Shown here piece after piece: positions 52,640-64,000 of a DNA stretch of 64,000 nt. The stretch is taken from positions 139,624,001 to 139,688,000 of the forward strand of contig OZ024741.1 of the NCBI GenBank assembly GCA_964016885.1, written 5' to 3'. Numbering within the stretch: the stretch's first letter is position 1; each line of letters starts with the position of its first letter. The stretch is from Eledone cirrhosa. Lineage: Eukaryota. Position numbers and translations under genes: made by a program. A model generated the notes under the pieces. It worked only from the letters and a program-made list of their open reading frames with translations, made no database searches and was not told the DNA's origin.

Positions 52640-55600
52640 CTGGATCCACATGTATGAAGACGTACAAGTCCTCGGAGGAAAAGGTTCGTAACTTTAAGCT
52701 GTTATAAAGTATCAGTTTTTGTATTTTCTTTTCGTTAACAAGGCATAAGGTACATACATTGGTTCCAATGGAGGGAGACCTCTCAATATTCGGGTTATAA
52801 GCCCGAATATTCAGATTTATTTTTAAAAATTTCGAAACAGTCGCTTTCCTACCCCCAAAAAATGGAAATGTTCGACCTTGACACGGTAAACAACGTTCAG
52901 GTCAACAATTCAAAAACAGCCACTACTACTACTACAAACATGCTTGTCGACCATTCCACTGAATATGAAGGCAAAGCACAAAAGTTACCATCACAACCGC
53001 TCCCTTCTGTGATAGTAAAAGTATCATCTCAAAACGACATCACCACCACCACTACAACAACAACAACAACAACAACTTAGAACATCAACGACAATAACAC
53101 CGATAGCCTCAATATAAACACGGATGGCGCTGGCAATAGCAAAAACAAACAAAACGACAACAACAACACCAACAACAACAGCATGTACGACAACACCAGC
53201 AACAAGAGCAAGAGAGGCACCACCTTCGCAGTGGCAGCAGCGAAAACACAGCAGTTATTGAATGTTGATATTAGCGAGAAAATCTAACAGTTGCTCCAGG
53301 CGTAGAGGTTAATTAAACTGTAGAAGTGCTGGGCAAACCCGATCATCCCGGACTGGGCAATAGGGGCCATGCAAAGGAGGACGGTGTACTTTCGATGCAT
53401 TTCAGTGCAAAGATGCAAAGTGGAACTTGCCAGCCAAGCAGAGGTCGAGGCTGCTTTGAAGTGCATCGGAAGTGACATAGCGTATAAAAGAAGGGCCAAG
53501 ACGTTCGGTACCAACTCGGTACTGTTCAACCGAGACCCTTGCTATTAAGTACTCGTTTACCCCTGCAGAACGGAACGCATTATCATGCACCCGTCCTACA
53601 TGGGCAAAATGACAGTAAAGGTCCGCATTCCCAGGATCCGACCAGGAATGTACATATGGTGGCTCCTGGGATGCGTAGTCGAGGAGGGGATAGACACTAC
53701 CCTCCTGGATATCAAAAGGACAGAGAGAGAAGAATGGTCCGAAATGGATTTGGAGATTTCTCTCCGAATGAAACCAGAGGACATCAACAACATACCGGAT
53801 TTTGATCGCCTGCAGGACGGGACAACAATCCAATTAATCGCTGAGGGAAGAAGGCCGAAACTGCTTCGTCTGCGGGAATGCAAGGCATCTGCAAGGCCTC
53901 GGCTCAATAATGCAGGTGGTCGCAAACCTCCTTTGTTGCCAAAACCAGTGTCAACACTGAAAGCTGCATCTCAACCCCACCACCAAGACAACACCAACAA
54001 TGTCACGGAAAACCACACCAACATCAAAAACAGTCGGACCACCACCAACACCAAAACCATTCCAAAGGGAAAACGAGGAAATATATCCCACTACCCCTAA
54101 ATATGCCAGATTTGTTCTCCGATCTCCTCGACGCACTCTACTGCAACTGGCAGCATAATGGGAGTATTCCCAGGTCTGTGAGCAGGGTAGTGGTGACGCT
54201 GATAAGGAAAAACGAGAACGAGAGGGATACATTAATCAACTTCAGGCCCATAACTCTGCTAAACACAGAGTTTAAGATTTTGGCCAAGGTGTTAGCAAAG
54301 AGATTGGCGCTTATCGTCGAGGATTTGGTTGGAGAGGCGCAAACTTGTGCAATCTCAGCCAGGTCCATACACGACAATCTCCACCTCATGCGATCCATCA
54401 TAGAGAGGGTAGGATGTAAACCTGGCTTCGGTGGGGCACTGATCCATTTAGATCAATCGAAAGCATTCGATATGGTCGACTATCGGTATCTGCAGTTTGT
54501 CCTGAAAGCAGCTGGCTTCAGCCCTGTCTTCAGAAGCTGGATCGCTGTAATGCACAGCGGCACACGCTCGGTGGTCAAGGTTAATGGCCACCTTTCGGAA
54601 GCATTTCGGCTCTCCCGATCTGTCCGTCAAAGGTGCCCTCTCTATTCCCTTCTGTAGGTATTGACTCTCGAGCCTTTACTGAGGAAGCAGGAGCTGTTGC
54701 AGGCATCCCACTCGAACCGGGACTTGGAAAGGCGGTATCGGTATATGTCGGACACCTCAAAATTCGAGGTGGTCGGCACTTTATTGAAGGAATATGACAG
54801 GTTGACAGGAGCCAAACTTAACCCGGAAAAGTCGGTGGGCTTGCAGCTCGGAACCTGGAAAGGCAAGCCTATGCCGTCTAACAGCGTCGTGGGGCGCTGG
54901 ACTGATGGACCGGTAAAGTTGCTCGGGGTTTGGTTGGGACCAGACCTCCAGGTGGAAAAGAATTGGGACGAGGTAACGAGCAGCCTAGCCAGTCTCACCC
55001 AAAAATGGGCTGGGAGGAAGCTATCACTGAAAGGTCGCGCGGAGGTGGCGAATGCGTACACGCCTCCGGCATCTACTACTGCCTGACCGTCGTTCCTTGC
55101 CCCTGTTCGCGCCTCGTAATGTGGGAAATGCTCCTCTTCAAATTCTTGTGGAAAGTACAAGTTCCGTTGGTGAGGCGGTCCATCTGCTGCCAGCACTCTC
55201 TACACTGAGGGCTGGGCATGCCGTGGCTAATGATGCGCAGACATGCGCTAAGGCTGCGACATCTCCAGATATTCTGCCTAAACGGTGAACAGGTGTGTTC
55301 GCCGTTTATCAGAGGGGCCTTTCCGCAGTTGGTTGATTTAACCGAGATGCAGTTCTGAGTCAAGAAGAGACCAATACTGTGTGACTGGCACCTGGAATGC
55401 ACTTACTGCCTTCTATTAATCGATCAGTGGAACTTCCACTCTCCAGTTCTATAGACGATTGGTGGTGGGCAAGTGCGATGACACACTCAGAGAAGCTTTG
55501 AGCCTCGACGAAGTCGAACTGACCAGTCTGTACCGGAGGACTTTCAAGCCAGGGACGATAGACAATTTTCAGAAATCCGTCGCTTGGCAGTGCTACCGGG

Positions 55601-56125
55601 GGGCACTGACGGATCGGGATAAACTCTACAGGCACGGAAGTGCTGTCAGACGGATCTGCCCAAGATGCGCACAGCGCGACGAAACCGTCCTGCATGCACT
55701 TGTCCAATGTCCGTGGATTACTGACTTGTGAAGTTATGTCGAACAGCTACTGTCGCGTGTGGAACGGATCCGGCTATCAGCCGAGTCCATAGTGAAGATC
55801 GACCCGCTGTCTTCCTTAGGTCAGGAAGAGCACGCAATCTTCCTCTGTCTGGTGGCCGTTGCGAAAGAGGTTATATGGTGGACCTGATTAAAAGGACTGA
55901 AGACAGGCACTTTTCTCTTCGGCCAATCCCTCATCAACTTCTTCAAGTTTCACCTGGAAACGAAGGTGAGGGTGGAGAGAGAACTGCTGCCCACCCAGTA
56001 CATTTGCTAAAAGGTGGATGAATGTGGCGAGAATGGCCCGTGTGGATGGGCCTACTCAGATCATGCGCCTATAGGCTAAATAACTTGAGGAGAGGGGTGC
56101 ACTCACGGGGGGGGGTTCCTAGAAG
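52640..56125 (+). mobile_element. Tx1-clade element (second subfamily) with degraded ORF1 fused to RT, APE deleted
   Basis: Starts right after (ATT)n. ORF1 remnants (IQLIAEGRRPK) join near 54095 to MPDLFSDLL. RT and C-terminal CPRCAQRDETVLHALVQC. The 3' end is lost in (TA)n. Confidence 0.88.
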
Positions 56126-56142
56126 CGCAAATATATATATAA

Positions 56143-56261
<119 letters not shown>

Positions 56262-56262
56262 A

Positions 56263-56313
<51 letters not shown>

Positions 56314-56346
56314 CATATATATATATATACATATATATATATACAC

Positions 56347-56377
<31 letters not shown>

Positions 56378-56442
56378 TAAATGAAAGGTATAGAAAACAT
56401 TGTAGCAAAAAGCCAACATACATACATATATATATATATATA

Positions 56443-59400
56443 TAAGAGGGTGTTAAAGTTTGCTTGAAGCATTGTGAAATATGTAAAATATGTAGTTTAG
56501 AAAGCCATGACGATGCAGATGGGAAATCTCGAGGTAGGAAGTGAGTAAGAAATAGGAGAAAAGTGAAAAATGAGAGAAACGAAAACAAGACAAAGGTAGA
56601 AGGGTTACCGTAGTGGAGATTTAATCCCAATATTTCGGGCTCACGCCCATCAACGGGGGGAAAGTTCCAAAAGGAGGGTGGAACAGGCTAAGCCGGAGAA
56701 AGTTGTTGTATTGTCGTTAAAACATAGGAATGCCGTTATGGGGAAAATTCAAACGAGGGAAAGAGTGCGCGTGCGCGTGATAGGCTGTGGCAAAAGCTAC
56801 TACCAATTGGGTTAGATCAATAGGGTGCGTTAGCGGGTGAAAGCCGTAAAATATGTGTGTGTAAATATATATGTGTGTGCAACTGTGTGTGTATATGTGT
56901 ATGTGTGTATGTATGTGAGTGTGTGTGTGTGAAAGATAGTGGGCCGTAGAAGCTGGAATTCAAAGGGTGTGAAAAGTGTTAGGTTGTATAAACATGTGTG
57001 CGTGTATAAATATAGGTGTGTGTCTGTGTGTGTGTGTGTATGGGTATACATATAAGTGCGTGTGTGTGAAAGATAGTAGGCCGTAGGGGCTGTTACTGGT
57101 CACTATGGTTAGATTAGCCATGTCAGTTCATTTCTCTCAGCCCGGTTGTTAAGTAGGGGTCTGAGGTTCTTAATAACAAGTGCTTCCTTTATCCTTAAGG
57201 ATCCGATGCTGCGGTCAGTCGCTAGGACTGTGACCAAGGGTCTGCCCTGTCGGTTTCCGCATTTATGGATGTGTTTACGGAAGGAAGATGCGTTGGTGTT
57301 GACATGTTCCTTGATACGAACATGTAGGGGTCAGATGGTGCTACCTATGTAAAACTTGTTACATTTATCGCATTGCATCTTATATACGACATAGGTGCGT
57401 AGGCTATGTTGATGGTGGTTATGTCGTAATATTTTCTTGATACACGTGCGTTGAATGTGGCGGATGGTGTTTTCGAAGGATGGTACAACAACTTTCTCCG
57501 GCTTAGCCTGTTCCTCCCCTTTTGGGAACATTCCCCCCATGATGGGCGTGAGCCCGTAATATTGGGATTAAATCTCCACTACGGTAACCCTTCTACCTTT
57601 GTTTTGTTTTCGTTTCTCTCATTTTTCACTTTTCTCCTATTTCTTTCTCACTTCCTACCTAGAGATTTCCCATCTGCATTATTGTGGCCTTCTAAACTAC
57701 ATATTTTACATATTTCACAATGGTTCAAGCAAACTTTAACACCCTCTTATCATTACACCTGAGCCAGGACTTGTTTGCACCTATAGGGGACTTATTCAGA
57801 CTATCGGAGAATCGTGCCAAACTCGGTTGCCAAATTACTTTCTTAAAACGCTGCCTAAAGAACAACATCATTCCAACCACCATCAGGAATATACATTTAC
57901 CCGAATGTTTACGATTACCATCCTTCGAAAATACCATCCGCCACCTTCAACGCATGTGTATCAAGAAAATACTACGACATAACCACCATCAACTGCGACT
58001 CCATATACAAACTCTCTCCGAGCACATAGATCGTATAGCTCCAACCCTCACCCCTGACCACCAGGTCCAGAAAATACGTGAAGCTATCGATCAGTGTTAC
58101 CACACCAGCGTCAAATACGATAAACATCGCCTTATACGGAAATACGAATGGACTGTAAACAAATACTACAATGACAACATCCGCTCCCACAGACGGACCG
58201 ACTACAACCACACCAGGGGCAACAGCGATACAACACTCTCCGCTACACCCCCTAACAGCGATCTACCTACCAACGATGCGTCACACCTCGTTACCTAACC
58301 GGTACCCTCACCAACGACGAACTCGAACTGCTGCGCCTCGGACCCAAGTTCATCATTACACAGCGTCTCGATGATAGACTGAAACTCGACATTGAAACCA
58401 ACTTCTGTCGGACAGCGTATCAACTAAAATGGCTAACCGCCATCCAAAACAACACAGAGATCGATTACTACCCCACAACCCACCCCACACTCCCCACGTA
58501 CCACCTCGACATCCCACTCCACCCCCATACACCAACCACGAACTTGACACTAAACTACTCAGGTTGAAACATTCTATCTCTAACATCCTTTCCCAACACA
58601 CACTCACACACAATAAACGCAACCTCACCAATGCACAATTTAACATTCTCACCAACCTAAGATCCATGAACCTTGTTTACCTTCCCTCTGACAAGGGGAA
58701 ATAATTCTGTCTCATCTTGAGAGAGACCTACAACAACTTAGCTCTCCAACATCTCAATGACGACAGCCTCTACTCGAAAGTCATAGGGACCTCCTCGACT
58801 CTAATCGAGGAAGGCGTTAACACCATATGGACTAACATCTGTGCCCAACAACTGCCAAAGAAGGTAAACAATAACATAACGACTAGAAACAGCTAACCAC
58901 CTGGTGAAAACCCATAAACAAGGACCCGAATTGAAAATCAGGCCCATTGTCTCTAGCGTGGAGGGCCCACTTTACAAAATATCGTGGCTGCTCTCCACAC
59001 TACTGAAACCCATTCTACACACACTACCAGCCCATGTCTGCAGCTCAAAGGAGGTCTTGGAGCGACTACACCATTTGGCGCCCAACACCAGAAAGGACAA
59101 CGGATATGCCTTCAGTCTTGATGTGGTCGCCCTTTATACCTCCGTACCAGCATCCCCAGCCGTCGACCTGTTAACCGAACGAGTCCGATCATCTAACTTA
59201 CACTACTTCGGACTCACACACACGGACATCCACCAACTCCTCTCCTTCGTTGTGGATAATGCATTCTTTAATTTCCTCGGCCACACGTACAAACAAATCT
59301 CTGGGCTACCTATGGGCTCTAGTCTGTCCGGCATACTTGCGATCTCGTACATGGACCACCTGGAACGCAAGGCACTCAACACCTGCCAACCCAACGCCGT

Positions 59401-60896
59401 CGCCTTCTACTCCAGATACGTTGATGACATACTGATACTCACTTCTTTCCGGGAGATGGCGAATGAAATTCACCAAATCTTTAACGACACTGACCATCAC
59501 GTCGATTTCACCATCGAAAACCCTGAAGAAGATGGGTCACTCGCCCTCCTCGACTTCCGTATCAACATCTCGGAAGAAGGAGACATAAACACCACCTTCT
59601 ACCGCAAGGTAGCGTGCAAGGATTTATTTGTGCATTACAACTCAGCCCTCCCAACAACGCTAAGAGAGGCTATGTCCAAAATGAATTTATACGGATCACT
59701 AATAGATGCAGCGACTCGATGGGTGGTCTCACCCATACCACGCAATTCCGTAATCTACTCAAAGTCTAACGGATATCCCAAGCGACTGATTAACGGAATT
59801 AGAGACCCCAGACCCAATAGACAGACACCCACTAGAAACTTAGATAAATAGAAGTGCTTCTTTAAAATCCGTCACCTGAGTGAATATACCACGAACGCCA
59901 TCCGCAGGGCCATACGGAGGGAGGGACTTGATATACATTTGGCCCACACAGGACCTTCGCTCCGAAGATGCCTCTCCACCAAACCCGACGAGTCAGATGG
60001 GACGTGTTCCCTCAGCAACTGCCCGATACGGGGGGCAGATTGCCTACGCACCTATGTCGTATATAAGATTCAATGCGATAAATGTAACAAGTTTTACATA
60101 GGTAGCACCATCCGACCCCTACATGTTCGTATCAAGGAACATGTCAACACCAACGCATCTTCCTTCCGTAAACACATCCTTAAATGAGGAAACCCACAGG
60201 GAAGACCCTTGGTCACAGTCCTAGCGACTGAACGCAACATCGGATCCTTAAGGATAAAGGAAGCACTTGTTATTAAGAACCTCAGACCCCTACTTAACAA
60301 CCGGGCTGAGAGAAATGAACTGACATGGCTAATCTAACCATAGTGACCAGTAACAGCCCCTACGGCCTACTATCTTTCACACACACGCACTTATATGTAT
60401 ACCCATACACATACACACACACACACACACCTATATTTATACACGCACACATGTTTATACACCTACCACCTTTCACACCCTTTGAATTCCAGCTTCTACG
60501 GCCCACTATCTTTCACACACACACACTCACATACATACACACATACACATATACAGACACAGTTGCACACACATTTATATTTACACACACATATTTTACG
60601 GCTTTCACGCGCTAGCGCACCCTATTGATCTAACCCAATTGGTCAGTAGCTTTTGCCACAGCTTATGACGCGCACGCGCACTCTTTCCCTCGTTTGAATT
60701 TTTCCCCATAACGGCATTCCAATGTTTTAACAACAACTTTCTCCGGCTTAGCCTGTTCCCCCCCCCCCTTTGGGAACTTTCCCCCCGTTGATGGGCGTGA
60801 GCCCGAAATATTGGGATTAAATCTCCACTACGGTAATCCTTCTACCTTTGTTTTGTTTTCGTTTCTCTCATTTTTCACTTTTCTTCTATTTCTTAC
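56443..60896 (+). mobile_element. Penelope-like element: inverted 3' fragment (56443-57405), short inverted internal piece (57405-57485), 5' pseudo-LTR, ORF, 3' pseudo-LTR
   Basis: Three copies of the same pseudo-LTR sequence (one minus, two plus). The left end lies in (TA)n. Confidence 0.92.
57720..60337 (+). pseudogene. Penelope RT + GIY-YIG endonuclease ORF with stops and frameshifts
   Basis: PSDKG, KTHK..IRPIVS, SLDVVALYTSVP, GLPMGSSLS, RYVDD, Cys linker CSLSNCPIRGADC, VVYKIQCDKCNKFYIGST.R.L..RIKEH, EALVI..P.LN. Confidence 0.93.
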
Positions 60897-61865
60897 GACA
60901 ATAATAAATTATATCTTGCAATCATAGAATTATAAGAACCTTCAAATAATATAAACCTAATTAATATACACCTTACACTTATATTTTACATATTATTATA
61001 ATTAGTTTTTTTTATTTAGTTAACCTATAATTAGTATTTTACTACAGAGATCTTCATAATTTTATTTCCCTCTTACAGCTCTCTTTTCCTAAAATTAATA
61101 CCTAAAAGTATACATATAAATTAATTGAATTCTTCGTTATGAATCTAGATTCCTTGTAGTTTATATAAGATTGGTAGTTCTCACTACTACCCTTATCCCA
61201 AAATGTTATTTTTCTTCATTTTTAACAACATTCTTTAAAAACATCTAATTCTTATTTATCACATCCATATGAATTAATAAAAATGTATCCCTATAAGTAT
61301 ACCTATCGCTTAATTTAATTTCTTGTTATAGATCTAGATTCCTTGTGGTTTAAATAAGATTGGTATTTCTCACTAATACCCTTACCCTAAACTGTTACTC
61401 TTCTTCGTTTTTAACAATATTCTTTAATAACATCACATTTTCGTGTATCCTTCACCGGCTTGACCTCTTTTCATCCCCAAATATTCTTTTCATTCAAAGT
61501 ATTTTTCCATTCAAAACATAAGTCTGCACTCCTCTAGCCCTAAATTAAATTTCTGCTACTACTATTCTATCAACTTGACCTCTTACTACTTTTCTATTGG
61601 TCAATTCAAAACCTGTTACCAAACATACCTATTATATTAAATCTTTGTTGTTTTTTTTTCAATAAACAAATCTCATCATTTCTGAAGACAGCATATATAT
61701 GTGCAGGTATGTACATTTCCTCTGATAGTTTGTAATAATTTTACATAGATGCACATGATATACATACCAACACACATATATATCCTAGAAACGATCGTAA
61801 AATGATGAATATTTTAATTTAAAGGAACTTGTTCTTTGTTTTTATTCATTGTGTTTTATTAATTT
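60897..61865 (+). mobile_element. 3' remnant of a second Hydra-like PLE
   Basis: Starts with SCNHRIIRTFK* (compare SICLHKFHRTF at 25920). AT-rich UTR with a duplicated block (61125-61255 / 61317-61435), a hammerhead, then (TA)n. Confidence 0.65.
61673..61808 (+). ncRNA. Type I hammerhead ribozyme with a 99-nt stem II
   Basis: Stem I TCATCATTT/AAATGATGA (9 bp), CTGAAGA 61682-61688, GAAA 61788-61791, palindromic stem III ACGATCGT. Predicted cut after A61799. Confidence 0.8.
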
Positions 61866-61901
61866 ATATATACATATATATATATATATATACATACACA
61901 A

Positions 61902-61979
<78 letters not shown>

Positions 61980-62045
61980 ATCCCAAGGCTCTGATACCAT
62001 CAACACCATAAACACAGAAGAGCTGGCATATCTAAGAACTGACTA

Positions 62046-62101
62046 ACTGCCTGAGGAGGTCATAGCCATTCAATGGCTATCATCGAAATATATATACCAG
62101 T
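62046..62101 (+). ncRNA. Minimal type I hammerhead in a ~170-bp PLE tip (61977-62150) between TA tracts
   Basis: ACTGC-CTGAGGA-GGTCATAGCCATT-C-AATGGCTATCATC-GAAA-TATATA-TA-CCAGT. Confidence 0.75.
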
Positions 62102-62155
62102 ACATAAAGGATTATGAGTTTATGCAATTGACTTATGTTGCGTCACTATATATAT

Positions 62156-63238
62156 ACCAAATAGAAAAATGCGTACAGCATAAAAAAGTAACATTGTTGG
62201 AATATAAACCTTTAAAAATACAGGACAAGAAACTAAAATAAAACTTTAAAAGAATAGGACAAGAAACTAACATAAAACTTTAAAAGAATAGGACAAGAAA
62301 CTAAGATAAAACTTTAAAGAATTGGAAAAGAAATAAAAAAATTTACAATAATATTAGTGGCAAAATTGTTATCGAGTTACACATTCATAGGCTCTGGGTT
62401 CCACATTCAGAGGTCGTCGTCAGACCGAGGGGATCATTAGATCCTGTTATGAACACCAATTGGGCCATAACCATACCCCTATTTCATCATTCGGCGACAC
62501 GCCTCATGTGTCATGCATAATGTGAATGGACCCATGGGACATGAGCACAGATCTTGAGCAGCAGCGGACGGTCTTGTCGTCCCGCTCATCCTTGATATTG
62601 ACCAACCCGTCCATCTTCTCCTTGCATCTTGTCCTTGACTTCAAGTCCGGCAGTCCAGATGAATGCGTGCCACAGCTTTCTGGTACAGGAAGGGGGAGCA
62701 GGAGGACTGGAGAGATGATGGGACGGAGGGAGGATGGACCGGTGGTTGAGGGAGGTGCCGTAGTCGGTGGTCAGAGTCGACATCTTGTCCCGGTCGTCTT
62801 CTCCATCTTCGTCTGGTTTTGCGGGACCAGAAATGTATTCTTGGAGGAGACCTGCAGCTGCATCGGCCAATTCTTCTTGCAATGGTCATTCTGACGGAGC
62901 AGAACTGCTCAGCCAACCAACCCCAACTAGAACCAACCGCTCAGGGGCAACGCACAATGAGAGCATGACAATTATTATGCACTAATCAAGAAGATACTGG
63001 GGCATAGCACAGAAAACAAATAAAAAAATGTTGCCACTAATATTATTGTAACATTTTTTATTTCTTGTCCAATTCTTTAAAGTGTTATCTTAGTTTCTTG
63101 TCCTATTCTTTTAAAGTTTTATGTTAGTTTCTTGTCCTATTCTTTTAAAGTTTTATTTTAGTTTCTTGTCCTGTATTTTTAAAGGTTTATATTCCAACAA
63201 TATTACTTTTTTTGGCTGTACGCATTTTTCTATCTGGT
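62156..63238. repeat. Inverted repeats of ~210 bp (62156-62367 / 63027-63238) with internal 34-bp tandem units, around a GC-richer 660-bp core
   Basis: Unit AGGACAAGAAACTAA.ATAAAACTTTAAAAGAAT at 62222, 62256 and 62290, plus a degenerate fourth. Mirrored on the right. Confidence 0.85.
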
Positions 63239-63410
63239 CTTCTATTGTTTAAGGCAATGCAAGCAACAACTATCTAATAATTAAATGATAATAGTGAATT
63301 ACTGACAAGTGATTGACATTTTAAAGTTCTTTTGAGTATAATTGCAATCTAGTTGAGGCAACTGGCTTGATGACAAAGCTAGTATATCATGAATGCATTT
63401 GAGATGATTA

Positions 63411-63870
63411 GTGTATAATAGTGAATTGGTGAAACTTGTGCATGTCAATGGTGTTACAACAATAGATGTAAGTTATATCGTAGTAATACTTTATCATTTT
63501 AACTTTTTAGAATGGACAAAACCCATGCAAAGAAATAACTTTGACTGCAGTGATTCTCTCCAATTTACTTACAAAGCAAAACGTGGTCAAATACCTTATC
63601 ATCTCTGATAAAATGCCCATTGAATCACTGAAAATCGGATGCATGGAATTCCTCATAAATTGCACCTATGAATCGGAAGCCATCACATATATCAATGGAT
63701 ATAGGGAGTTGTTCACACTGGAAGACCATCACTTCATTTGTGACTTCATCAGTTATCTCCACGATTATCTCAGACACCCAATGCCATTGATGAGAGGTGA
63801 TCCAATGTGTGAGCATGTAACTAATCTTATAGAAGTTGTTATTGACCACCTGGCTTTTAGTGACATTTGA
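63411..63870 (+). CDS. Possible small two-exon ORF of unknown function
   Basis: GTAAGT at 63468 and TTTTTAG at 63510 join frames 63411-63467 and 63511-63870 in phase. No clear start codon, and the intron is only 43 nt. Confidence 0.3.
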
Positions 63871-64000
63871 CTGATTTGACTGATAATGATGTATTTTTAA
63901 AAAGTATGTGTACATTCTTGTTACTATTTAAGGCAATGCAAGCAACAACTATTTAATAAAATTTAAATTTAAAAATGACCATTGTGCATTACTAGTATGA

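Noticed and set aside
60185-60187. In-frame TGA at a position that is TGC (Cys) in the inverted copy (57259-57261): possible selenocysteine, as in Naiad PLEs
   Set aside because: The same ORF has TAA/TAG stops and frameshifts, the domain order is not Naiad-like, and I see no convincing SECIS. Simple decay is more likely.
62222-62335. 34-bp repeats resembling a CRISPR array
   Set aside because: The units are contiguous with no unique spacers, the context is eukaryotic, and there are no cas genes.

Overview
AT-rich, microsatellite-dense animal genomic DNA. It is probably an octopod cephalopod, an inference from the tRNA-derived SINE family and the repeat landscape. No intact host gene can be supported. 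The window is a retroelement graveyard organised by two microsatellite niches. (1) (TAA)n tracts hold stacks of Tx1-clade (APE) LINEs and R4/Dong-clade (RLE) LINEs at 1-18.7 kb and 46.8-56.1 kb, almost always in opposite orientation to each other. A tRNA-derived SINE, whose 3' tail aligns with the Tx1 3' tail, uses the same repeat. (2) (TA)n tracts hold Penelope-like element (PLE) pieces, many of them fold-back palindromes. Reading these by eye gives ten minimal type I hammerhead ribozyme motifs with palindromic stem III, plus three degenerate ones. Several occur as opposite-strand pairs in palindromes of 240 bp to 2.75 kb, and one has a 99-nt stem II insert. Also present: a degraded full-length Penelope (RT + GIY-YIG), a Helitron helicase 3' end, an RTE fragment, and an unexplained inverted-repeat and small-ORF module at the right edge. 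Coordinates were counted by hand, and element boundaries may be off by some bases.
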